Shown: one piece after another, positions 19,725 through 29,150 of the stretch | How the letters are laid out: each line of letters starts with the position of its first letter | Position numbering within the stretch: the first letter of the stretch is position 1 | Origin: an uncultured Actinomycetes bacterium | GTDB taxonomy: Bacteria > Actinomycetota > Thermoleophilia > RBG-16-64-13 | Assembly (NCBI GenBank): GCA_963706025.1 | Contig: CAVPLM010000005.1 | Span: 1,024,001-1,088,000 of the forward strand | DNA: 64,000 nucleotides | Direction of reading: 5' to 3' | Translations under genes and position numbers: made by a program | Notes under the pieces: generated by a model | Told to the model about the DNA's origin: nothing | What the model saw: the letters and a program-made list of their open reading frames with translations, nothing else | Database searches by the model: none

Positions 19725-20180
19725 CTAGTAGCGGGGCCTGTCGAGCGACTCCCGGTAGAACTGCTCTACACCCACTTCGCGCATGCGATCGTTGTTGCCG
19801 CGCCAGCGGCGGTCCATGTTCTCCGGGTAGCTATTCCGCTCGCACGGGTATTCATCGCATTGGAAGCAGTAGTCGACACCCTTCTCTTGGTGACAGACGC
19901 GGGCGGCGCAGAACGGCAGTGGACAGCCCCCAGCGCGGCATCCCGCGCATGTCGCCTCTGTGAAGAACCCGAGGATCTCGACGAAACGGTCGTAGTCCTC
20001 AAGAACGGGGGCGCGATCGGCTACCTTGGGAGCCATGTTCTCGAAGCCCTCCAGTGATTCGGCCAGTTCCGTGGCCAGCCGCCTGATCCTCCCTCTCTCG
20101 TAGCGGACGCACCGTTCGCAGTCCAGACCGCAGGGCGCGACCCTCTCGAGGATCTCTTCGTATGTGGGGCCGGTCTCCAT
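19725..20180 (-). CDS. DUF3795 Cys-rich protein
   Basis: APCGLDCERC, CAGCR..GC...C..RVC..EKGVDYCFQCDEYPC. Confidence 0.85.
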   Translation of the reverse strand: METGPTYEEILERVAPCGLDCERCVRYERGRIRRLATELAESLEGFENMAPKVADRAPVLEDYDRFVEILGFFTEATCAGCRAGGCPLPFCAARVCHQEKGVDYCFQCDEYPCERNSYPENMDRRWRGNNDRMREVGVEQFYRESLDRPRY

Positions 20181-20294
20181 GTGCTCTCTCTGTCGCTTCG
20201 AACGCCCGCCCCATTCTACGCCTCGGCGGCTCGTCGCGGCGCGGCGGCTCCCAGCACCGTGGCGGCTCGTCGCGGCGCGGCGTAGACTACCGCC

Positions 20295-20785
20295 ATGAGC
20301 TCTCTGCCTTTCGTCGATCCGGCCCGTTAGCGATGAGGACAGCGCCTGGGTCCTCAGCATGGTCCGCGAGTGGGGAGCCGACTTCGTCGTCTCCCGAGGG
20401 TCGAAAGATCTTTCCCGCCCGGCTCCCCGGTTTCTGTGCGGTCGGGCTTGAGGGGAAAAGGCTCGGTCTCGCCACCTACGAGATCATCAACGAGGAGTGT
20501 CAAATGGTGACTTTGCACGCCCTGAGGCCGCACGAGGGCATCGGTACCGCCCTGACGGTCGCCGTGCGCGATGCAGCCGTCGCCGCCGGCTGCCGCCGTC
20601 TGTGGCTTGTCACAACCAACGACAATCTCGACGCCCTTCGTTTCTACCAGCGGCGGGGTTTCGATTTGGTGGCCGTCCACCGCGACCTCCGCGAGGTGGC
20701 CCGGCGACTGAAACCATCGATCCCTCTGGTAGGGAACTTCGGGATACCGATCCGCGACGAGATCGAACTGGAGCTGGCGACTTGA
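20295..20785 (+). CDS. GNAT acetyltransferase, with two apparent indels in the 5' part
   Basis: Reconstructed ...IRPVSDEDSAWV..WGADFVVSR/GRKIFPARLPGF...GIGTAL...RLWLVTTNDNLDALRFYQRRGF...IPIRDEIEL. Confidence 0.85.
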
Positions 20786-21480
20786 CACACCTTGAACCCG
20801 ATCGCGCCGTCGTCTTCGACCTCGATGGAGTAATCCTCGACTCCGAGCACGTCTGGGAGCGGGTGATGCAGGAGTTGTTCGCCACCCACGACCTTCGCTT
20901 CAGCGACCTCGATCAAGATTCGTTCCTGGGGGGTGACAACTCCCGGCAGTGGGCCGCCTACCTCCGCCACGTGGGCGGAATCCCGCTGACGGAGGATGAG
21001 ATCCTCGGATGGGTGACCGGGAGGCTGATCGGCTACTACACCGAGTCACTGCCGTTGGTGCCCGGCGCCCCGGAGGCAGTGGCAGGCCTCGCATCGAGCT
21101 ACCGTCTGGCGCTCGCCAGCTCTTCCCCACGAGAGATCATAGCGTTCGTGCTCGAGAGGTCGGGGTTGCAGCGGTTCTTCACTGCCTGGGCATCATCGGA
21201 CGACGTACCCCGGGGCAAGCCCGCGCCGGACGTGTACCAGAGGGCGTGCAGTCTGGTCGAGACCGACCCCACCTATTGTGTGGCGGTCGAGGACTCCCGC
21301 GTGGGAATCCGGGCGGCGAGGTCGGCAGGACTCAGGGTGATCGCCATCCCCCACCTCTCTCTCCCGCTCGACCCGGCTTCGCTCGAGCTGGTCGACCTCG
21401 CCCTTGCCTCCATCAGTCAGTTGAAAGTGGAGACGGTGCGATCCGTCTTCTTTTCCTGTCCGAGCCGACAGATACTCTGA
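20782..21480 (+). CDS. HAD-family phosphatase
   Basis: VVFDLDGVILDSE, ASSS, GKPAPDVY, VEDS..GI.AA; TTG overlaps the upstream TGA. Confidence 0.92.
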   Translation: MTHLEPDRAVVFDLDGVILDSEHVWERVMQELFATHDLRFSDLDQDSFLGGDNSRQWAAYLRHVGGIPLTEDEILGWVTGRLIGYYTESLPLVPGAPEAVAGLASSYRLALASSSPREIIAFVLERSGLQRFFTAWASSDDVPRGKPAPDVYQRACSLVETDPTYCVAVEDSRVGIRAARSAGLRVIAIPHLSLPLDPASLELVDLALASISQLKVETVRSVFFSCPSRQIL

Positions 21481-21484
21481 TCTC

Positions 21485-23026
21485 ATGAGCATCGATGCTA
21501 TCCAACGACCTATCCCGCGGCTCTCCAAGTCCCGCTACACCAGCTTCCTGAGTTGTCCGCGGCTGGGCTACCTTCGCGCCTATCCCGCCAGGTTCGGCTC
21601 GCTCTGCTCAGAGGACCCAGCTCGACAGGCCCGCCTCGACACGGGCACCCGGGTCGGAGAGCTCGCTCGTGAGTACTATCCGAGCGGTCTCTTGATCACC
21701 GCCGACCACCTCCACATACCGCAGGCACTGCGGCAGACCCGGGAGGCCCTGACAGCCGGGCGGGATGTGATCTACGAGGCGGCGATCGAGCACCAAGACA
21801 CCCTGGTGCGGGTCGATATCCTCAGGCGGCTGGAAGAGGGGTCCTTACGAGCTGATCGAGGTCAAGTCGAGCACCAAGGTCGACCCCGCGAGACACATAC
21901 CCGACGTGGCCATCCAGTTGCATGTGCTCGAATCGGCCGGTCTGCCGGTGCAGAGCGTCAACCTGATGCACATCGACCGCGACTATATCCACCAGGGGGG
22001 CGACACCTACCAGGCCCGCGATATCTTCGTTTCCGAGGACGTGACCGAGGCCGCGCGGCAGCATCTCGCCACCACCCTGCCCGCGGCGCTTCGCGACATC
22101 GCCGCCTGGCTCCGCGCCGACGAACCCCCGGAGGTCAGACCTCCGGAACTCCTGCCATGACTGCGAGTATTACGAGGGCTACTGCCGCCCCCGCGGTCCG
22201 GGATTCCCCGTGGGCGAGCTCGGCCGGGCCACTCAGGCGATCGCCCATCTCGAAGCCGCCGGCATCGCCGATCTTCGCGAGCTGAGCCCCGAGAGTATCG
22301 AATATGCGCGTTTGGTCGGTTTGTTGCGGGCGAGCACCTTGGGGCCACGCGTCATGCGGATGCTGGACGCCATACGCCACGGGGAACTGCGGGCCGGCCC
22401 CGGAGCGGCAGACGCCCTCGAGCAGGCTCCCCTTTCCCCTGCATTTCCTCGACTTCGAGTCCTGGAATCCGGCGCTGCCCGTCTTCGCCGGCACCAGGCC
22501 CTACGATCAGATCCCCTTTCAGTGGTCCGACCACCGCCTTTCGGCGGACGGCACCTTGGACCAAGCCGGCTATCTCGCGGAGGGGGAGGGGGATCCACGG
22601 GCCGGGTTGGCCGTAGAACTCGTGCGCCGACTGGCCGACGACGGCGCAGTCCTCGCCTACCACGCGGTCTTTGAACGGGATCGCCTGCAAGATCTAGCCT
22701 GCCTGTTTCCCCGTCTCGAGGGACCACTTCTCGGTATCGCCGCTCGTCTGGTCGATCTCAAGACCATAGTCGCCGATCACGTCTACCACCCAGGCTTTCA
22801 CGGCAGCTTCTCGCTCAAGGCCGTGTTGCCGGCGCTCGTGCCTGGCTGCGGCTATGGCGCGTTGGCGATCCAGGACGGCGGCAGCGCGGCCCTGGCCTAC
22901 GAGCGACTCCGGCTCCTGCCGCCCGGAACCGAGAGGGATCAGCTTCGCGCCGACATGCTCGCCTACTGCGCCCAGGATACCTGGGGCATGGTGGAGATCT
23001 ACAGGGTCTTGCGCCACCTGACCTAG
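21485..23026 (+). CDS. DUF2779-containing protein with an N-terminal PD-(D/E)XK nuclease-like region; several frameshifts
   Basis: LSKSRY...CPR, RVDIL../LIEVKSST, PLHFLDFE, PYDQIPFQWS.H, GSFSLKAVLP, AYCAQDT spread over several frames. Confidence 0.8.
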
Positions 23027-24279
23027 GCTAGCCGGGGGGAGGTCCCCCGAGAGTCAGGCTGCCCGCCCGCGGGCGGCTCCGACGCGACATCAGAGCCGGG
23101 AGCCGGAGGCACATCCGCGGGCGCGCCTTCCTGAGGGACCGCCGGGCCGGGTGGCGCAGCAGCTGTCGCCTCCGGGTCGGCCGCGGGCCATGATCCGGTG
23201 GGGGCAGCCTGCGGTGGACCGGTCGAAGGACCGACCGGGACGACGGGCGGTCCGACGGGCGACGAGATGCCCCCCGGGCCTGTCGCCGCGGCCCATGCCG
23301 CCTGTTCTCTGGCAGCCGCCTCCCGTCTCCTCCGCCGCCTATCCCGCAGCCAGACGTAGATGGCCACGTAGGTGGCTCCGAAGCCCACCAGCCAGAGCAG
23401 ACCGATGATTATGATCCACGCCACCGGGATCCAGCGAGAGATGTTGATGATGATCACTCCCAGCACGGCGGCCAGCATCACGGTCTCGCGCTTGTCTTCC
23501 TTCGCTCCCAGTATCAACCGGCCCACCATCGCTCCCACGGCCACCAGGCCGAACAGGGACATGACCGGCAGGACTATCGCCAGCCAGGGCACCACCAGAA
23601 TGATCCCGATGATAGTGATGATCAGCGCTACGGTGATGATGGGGACGGCGATGATCGCTCCAAGGGCCCCCCAGCCGAGTGAGGAGAAGAAGTGATGTCT
23701 GACCCGTTCGCGGACCGCGGCGACCTGCCGAGGAGCGATGGCCGTTGCGATAACTGCCACCACGGCCAGGAAGACGGTGGACCAGATCCAGTTCAGGATC
23801 GAGCCTGTGCGCCAAGGCCGAAACACCGGGTCGGCGGCAGCGGACGTATCTACGCCGGGGACGCCGCCTCCCACATCGACCGTCCGGCCACGAACGGTGG
23901 CCCCCGGCTCGACCGTCACATCGCCAAATACCGAGACCACGGCCGCGTCGTCACGATTCAACCGCGCACCGACTTGGGCCCCGTCGGCGACCACCAAGTC
24001 CCCACCGACCACCACGACCACGTTCTCCACGGTCCCCCGGATCACCGCGTCCCCGCCCACGACCACGACGTTGTCCCAAATCTCGTCGGGCCCGACGACC
24101 ACATCCTCAAAGACCGCTACCTTCTGATCCCCGGACGTGTTGTCCGCGCGCGCGACTCCGGCCGCGCCGGGAGCCAGCCAGCCCACCACCGTCAACAGGA
24201 AGGCCAGCAAGAAGAGGGCGGTAGCAGCTGACGCGACCGCCGGCAGTCTCCCGCCGGTCCCAGTGCGGCGGCGCCGCAA
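23023..24279 (-). CDS. Membrane protein with an N-terminal beta-helix/bactofilin-like repeat region, multiple TM segments and a Pro-rich tail
   Basis: VVVGGD repeats and a hydrophobic core. The true start may be ATG 24317 (GGGAGG RBS) with an indel. Confidence 0.7.
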   Translation of the reverse strand: MRRRRTGTGGRLPAVASAATALFLLAFLLTVVGWLAPGAAGVARADNTSGDQKVAVFEDVVVGPDEIWDNVVVVGGDAVIRGTVENVVVVVGGDLVVADGAQVGARLNRDDAAVVSVFGDVTVEPGATVRGRTVDVGGGVPGVDTSAAADPVFRPWRTGSILNWIWSTVFLAVVAVIATAIAPRQVAAVRERVRHHFFSSLGWGALGAIIAVPIITVALIITIIGIILVVPWLAIVLPVMSLFGLVAVGAMVGRLILGAKEDKRETVMLAAVLGVIIINISRWIPVAWIIIIGLLWLVGFGATYVAIYVWLRDRRRRRREAAAREQAAWAAATGPGGISSPVGPPVVPVGPSTGPPQAAPTGSWPAADPEATAAAPPGPAVPQEGAPADVPPAPGSDVASEPPAGGQPDSRGTSPRLA

Positions 24280-24350
24280 GGGGCTCGCGTCGTCCGATGG
24301 TGCTGGATCGTGATCATCTCAACCTCCCGATCTGGTCTGCATACCCTGTC

Positions 24351-24686
24351 TCACCGCCTGTACGACTCCCAACGGAAGAAGCGCAGACTGATCAAGGCGG
24401 CGCCTACAGTTATTCCCACGACTATGATTGTCTCCATTACGTTCCATCCGAAACCCAACCAGGGGTCCTGCAACAGCCGGACCGTGTGCGTCAGGGGCAT
24501 GAATCGCGCCACCCAGACCATGGAGTCGCTCAGGACCTCGGGCGGCGGGCCGGCCCCCGATATGAATATCATGACGAACCACAGAAGCACACCCACCCCT
24601 TGAGCGGCCCGGGCCGTCGGCAGTATGGAGCCCAACATCACCCCTAGGGAGGCGAAGCAGAGCGTCCCCAGGATGACGGTCTTCAC
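24351..24686 (-). pseudogene. ABC-2 type permease reduced to its C-terminal half
   Basis: FASLG..LGS..PTARAAQG...F.SGA.PP.E...PLTH.V.LL...FFRWE; only 111 aa; no ATPase gene nearby. Confidence 0.7.
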
Positions 24687-24995
24687 GCAGCGGTCCTTCT
24701 TCCCGTGATCCGGGTCTGCGGTCCCGTTCCTACGACCTCGATCGAATCGTTCGTAGGATTGTATCCCATGTCATCGGGGACCCGCTCGGGGCGCGCGGAG
24801 AGCACTCGGCTGAAGGCGCACCAGAGCACATCCCCGGCCGCGACGCCGGGTTTGACTTCTTCCTACCTGGGAAAGTACAAGCGGGCCGACCATGTCTGCT
24901 CGTCGGCATGGGTCCGGCTGCGCTTGCCGTCCGGTAAACGGGGGTAACGGCGGGTCTGTTCCGACCCCCGCCCGACAGAACTAGGAGATCAGCCG

Positions 24996-25394
24996 ATGAA
25001 GACACCTTACGGTATCTCGGTGGACGTCGACCTTCCCTACGAGCAAGCGGTTGCCCGGGCTACCGAGGCTCTCAAAGCCGAGGGCTTCGGAGTCCTCACG
25101 ACCATCGACGTCAAGGCGACCATGAAGGCCAAACTCGACGTGGATTTCCGCCGCTACGTCATTCTCGGCGCATGCAACCCCCCTCTTGCCCATCGGGCGC
25201 TCTCCGAGGAGCTCGAGCTGGGCTTGCTCCTGCCGTGCAACGTCATCGTATACGAACGCGATGGTGGAGGATCCACGGTATCGGCCATGAACGCCCTCGC
25301 AGCCATGAGCTTCACCGGCAACCCCGCGCTGGAACCCATCGCCGAGGAGGCCTCGGAGAGGCTGGAGAGGGCATTGTCCGCACTGGCCTCATAG
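24996..25394 (+). CDS. DUF302 domain protein
   Basis: LKAEGFGVLTTIDVKAT..KL, Y.ILGACNP.LA, GLLLPCNVIV. Confidence 0.93.
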   Translation: MKTPYGISVDVDLPYEQAVARATEALKAEGFGVLTTIDVKATMKAKLDVDFRRYVILGACNPPLAHRALSEELELGLLLPCNVIVYERDGGGSTVSAMNALAAMSFTGNPALEPIAEEASERLERALSALAS

Positions 25395-25560
25395 CGCCGG
25401 CCCACCATCCGCCTCCCGGCCTCCGGGCCGTTGAGCTGAAAGGTCGGCAACGCGATAACATCGGAGTCCGAGATCGGGGGTCGATACCCGAGTCTCGAGA
25501 CCGAAGTCCCAGAACCGCCCCCCTGCGGGCGATTCGTTTCACGGGGAGACGAAGGATTCA

Positions 25561-28230
25561 GTGACCGCGCTCCGCCAGACGCCCTTCTACGACAAGCATG
25601 TCGCGCTCGGCGCGAAGATGGTCGACTTCGCCGGCTGGCACATGCCCCTCATGTATCCCACGGGGGTGGTCGCCGAGCATCTGGCCACCCGGCGGGCGGC
25701 CGGGCTCTTCGACGTCTCCCACATGGGCCGCTTCGCCATAGGTGGCGCCGACGCTCTCCCCTTCCTGCAATACGTCCTCAGCAACAACGCGGCCGCTCTC
25801 GAAGTGGGTCAAGCTCAATACACGTTCATACCCGAGTGAGACCGGAGGCGCGGTCGACGACGCCTACCTCTACCGCTTCTTCGAGGACGAGTACCTCCTG
25901 GTGGTCAACGCCGCGAACCAGGAGAAAGACTGGGCTCACTTCCAGAGAATCCTCGCAGACACGACTCTCCGAACGCTGCAGGCGTCAGGCTGGAGGACCG
26001 CACCGAGCGACTGGCGATGCTGTCCCTCCAGGGGCCGCAGTCTCGCGCCATCGTCTCGAGGTCTGCTCGAGTCGGGCACTCTTCCGGAACCCCGTCGCAA
26101 CGAGCTTTCCCTCGTCACCATGGCCGGCGCGCGCGTGCTGCTCGCGCCGCACGGGATACACGGGGGAGCCCCTCTGCTTCGAGCTGCTCGTTCCCCGGGA
26201 GCAGGGACCCCTTGTCTGGGATCTTCTCGTGCAAGAAGGAGCCGTTCCCTGTGGCCTGGGGGCGCGGGACACCCTGCGCATGGAGGCGGCCTTGCCTCTT
26301 TACGGTAACGAGCTGGGGAGCGATCCCGGGGGCCGGGAGATCCCGATCATGTCTTCGCCGTTGGCCGCGTTCGCGGTCAGCTTCTCTCCAGTCAAGGGCG
26401 ACTTCGTCGGTCGGGAGGCGCTTCTCCGCCAGCAGGCAGCCTATCGCCGCATCCTGGCCCGCGACTACTCGCTCATCGCCGACCTCCCCCGCATGTCCCG
26501 CCCGCTCGCCGTCACCGGGCGGGGCGTGGCCCGGGCAGGTTCGCCGGTGACAAAGGCCGGCCGCCAGGTGGGCTGGGTCACGAGCGGCACCATGGTCCCC
26601 TACTGGAAGATGACCGGCGAGAAGCTTGGACTCGCGCCCCGAGCGAGGAGTACGAGCTACGCTCGATCTGTCTGGCGTTGCTGGACAGCGACATCGTGGA
26701 GGACGAGGAATTGACCGTCGACATCCGCGGCAAGGACGTCCTGGCCGTGGTGACGCCCTATCACCTGCGGGCGGACGCCCCACCCTACGCCAGGCCCATC
26801 GTCTACCCGTTCCAGCCCCCGCGACCTGCCCAGCGCCGGCGCCGGACATCCCCGGGGAGTTGCTACGCCTGCTCGAGAAGACGCTCGAGAACCACCGTCT
26901 GGCGGCAGGAGGAGTGCTTCAACCTCATCCCCTCCGAGATGACCACATCGCCGCTCGTGCGCCTGGTCTCGGTGATGGACCCGGCCTTCCGCTATGCCGA
27001 GCACCGCAAGCTCGAGGCCTTCTACGATTCCGACGTCTTCTACTACCAGGGCACCGGCTTCATCGACGAGGTGGAGCAGCTTGCTCGAGGCGGAGCTGTG
27101 CCGCTTCCTCGAGCTGCACCGAGGCCGAGACCCGGGTGGTGAGCGGCCAGATGGCCAACGCGGCGGTCTTCTCCGCCCTCGTCGATTACCTCAACCGCTG
27201 GAACCGCAAAGCCGAGCCCCGCCGCATCGGCATGGTCATGAACAACCACATCGGCAAGGGCGGCCACTTGAGCGCCCAACCCATGGGAGCGCTCAAGGAC
27301 TACGTGGCCATCGACCCGCGGACCGACCGGCCGGCGGTGGTCAACTTCCCCGTGCTTCCCGACAACCACTACCGCATCGACGTGCCTCGCACCCTGGATC
27401 TCATCGACCAGCACCGCCCCGAGCTCATCATCTTCGGCAAGAGCATGGTCCTGCACAAGGAGCCGGTGGCGGAGATCCGCCGCTTCCTCGACGACCAAGG
27501 CTTGGATGCGGTGATCATGTACGACATGGCCCACGTCCTCGGGCTGACGGGACCGCACTTCCAGCAGCCCTTCGCCGAAGGCGCCGATCTGGTCACCGGG
27601 TCGACCCACAAGACCTTCTTCGGCACCCAGCGGGGAGTGATAGGGAGCCGCATCCACGAGCAGGAGGAGCGATACGAGCTGTGGGAAGCCGTGCGCCGGC
27701 GTACCTTCCCAGGGTCGGTCTCCAATCACCACCTCGGTACCCTCCTCGGCCTGCTGGTGGCGGCCTACGAGATGAACCACTTCAAGGACGCCTACCAGAA
27801 AGCCGTCATCGCCAACGCCAAGGCCTTCGCCCGTGCGCTGGCGGACGCCGGACTGCACGTGGCCGGCGATCCGGCCATCGGCTTCACCGAGACCCACCAG
27901 GTGGTGGTGGAGGTGGGCTACGGGCGCGGGCCGGAGATCGCCCGCCGCTTGGAAGCGAACAACATCATCTGCAACTACCAGGCCAGCCCCGACGAGGAGG
28001 GCTTCACCGCAGCCGGCGCGCTGCGTCTGGGAGTGGCGGAGATGACCCGTTTCGGCATGTCGGCCGCCGACTTCTCCGCCTTGGCCCAACTCCTGGCCGC
28101 GGTCGTTCTCGAGAACGCGCCGGCCAAGGACGAGGTCCAACAGTTCCGCAAGGGCTTCATCGAGATGCAATACTGCTTCCGGGAGGCGGACTTTCCTGAA
28201 GTCGCAGCCCGGCTCCGCGACCTGCTCTGA
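25561..28230 (+). CDS. Fused glycine-cleavage T protein (GcvT) and serine hydroxymethyltransferase (GlyA), with multiple indels
   Basis: GcvT motifs LRQTPFY, FDVSHMG, GGAVDD, VVNAAN, TGYTGE, GLGARDTLRMEA, G.VTSG. SHMT motifs NLIPSE, SGQMAN, GGHLS, YDMAHVLGL, GSTHKT (PLP Lys), LRLG.AEMTR.G. No stop/RBS between the domains. Confidence 0.85.
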
Positions 28231-28305
28231 CCCGGCGCTACTCGGAGCGATCCATCGTCCTGTCGCGCGACCGCACCTGTCGGCAGAGCGCCTTCTGAAA
28301 GAGCT

Positions 28306-28812
28306 CTAAGCCCCCGACCGCTGGATGGTGGCTTCCGCCTCCGGGCCGACGAAAGCCAGATCCTTGCCCAGTTCTATCGAGGCCGGGACGGGGAGGAACG
28401 AGCGACCGCCGAACGTGTCGGCGAAGAAGCCACCTGAGAGCTCGTACCCCTGCACCGCGCCGGTCTGGTCGTCGAATCGGAAGTCCTCGATCTTGCCCAG
28501 GTCCTTGCCCTCGGTCGTGTGCAGCCGAAGTCCGTGGATACGCAGGTCCAGGTCGAGAACGCTCTTGATGTCGGGCGCGTCATCAGCCTTGACCACGCTC
28601 TCGGCCGCGTTCAAGACCACGGAATCCGGCCCTATGGCCTGCAGAGCCGGCCACGGAGCGACCTTCGTGCTCCGCAGCGGACCCTCGGACACGACGAAGC
28701 CCAGGACCTGCTTGCCGATGGGGTCGACCACCAGGTCCTTGATCTTGCCCAGCTCTTTTCCACCTTCTCGCGCTACCACCGCCCGACCGATCACTTCACT
28801 CGCTTTGGCCAT
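28306..28812 (-). CDS. Tandem PRC-barrel protein
   Basis: ASEVIGRAVV..GKELGKIKDLVVDP and a second G.RL.T.EGKDLGKIED.FD; AAGGAGG RBS. Confidence 0.9.
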   Translation of the reverse strand: MAKASEVIGRAVVAREGGKELGKIKDLVVDPIGKQVLGFVVSEGPLRSTKVAPWPALQAIGPDSVVLNAAESVVKADDAPDIKSVLDLDLRIHGLRLHTTEGKDLGKIEDFRFDDQTGAVQGYELSGGFFADTFGGRSFLPVPASIELGKDLAFVGPEAEATIQRSGA

Positions 28813-28890
28813 CACTACCTCCTTCAAGGACGGGGAACAACAGCCACATGAGGGACTCCTCAGGCGCTCAGAACGGCACCGGTCGGTGCC

Positions 28891-29013
28891 CTAGTCGAAC
28901 ATGTGAGTCGTACCCGTCAGTTCCAGAACCAGGATCACCACCAACGCCAGAACGATCAGAGCGATGACATCCCAATAGAGGCTGTGCCTACTCTTTCCAA
29001 GAAACCTGGGCAT
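28891..29013 (-). CDS. 40-aa single-TM small protein
   Basis: MPRFLGKSRHSLYWDVIALIVLALVVILVLELTGTTHMFD; GGAGG RBS; TACAAT upstream. Confidence 0.6.
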   Translation of the reverse strand: MPRFLGKSRHSLYWDVIALIVLALVVILVLELTGTTHMFD

Positions 29014-29150
29014 GAGCGCCTCCGTGAGCGGCCGAGGACGGGCGATCGTGGCTGTCCCCATTGTATACAAATCCCGCCGGCCGGGAACACTCTTGGAGGT
29101 CGCGTCAGCGGCCCAAGTGACCGCGATCCGGTCCAAGAAAGAGAGCGACG

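Noticed and set aside
20225-20282. 22-bp direct repeat between DUF3795 and GNAT
   Set aside because: Only two low-complexity GC copies, with no evidence of function.
24797-24850. GGAGAG...TGAAGGCGCA, glycine-riboswitch-like
   Set aside because: It lacks the CUCUCAGG segment and is not upstream of gcvT.
25430-25560. Hairpin-rich leader before gcvT-glyA as a glycine, THF or ZTP riboswitch
   Set aside because: A hairpin is present, but I could not match the conserved nucleotides of any of these aptamers.
25837-25839. In-frame TGA in gcvT as selenocysteine
   Set aside because: Homology continues in a different frame (P-S-E-T-G-G-A-V-D-D), so it is an indel.
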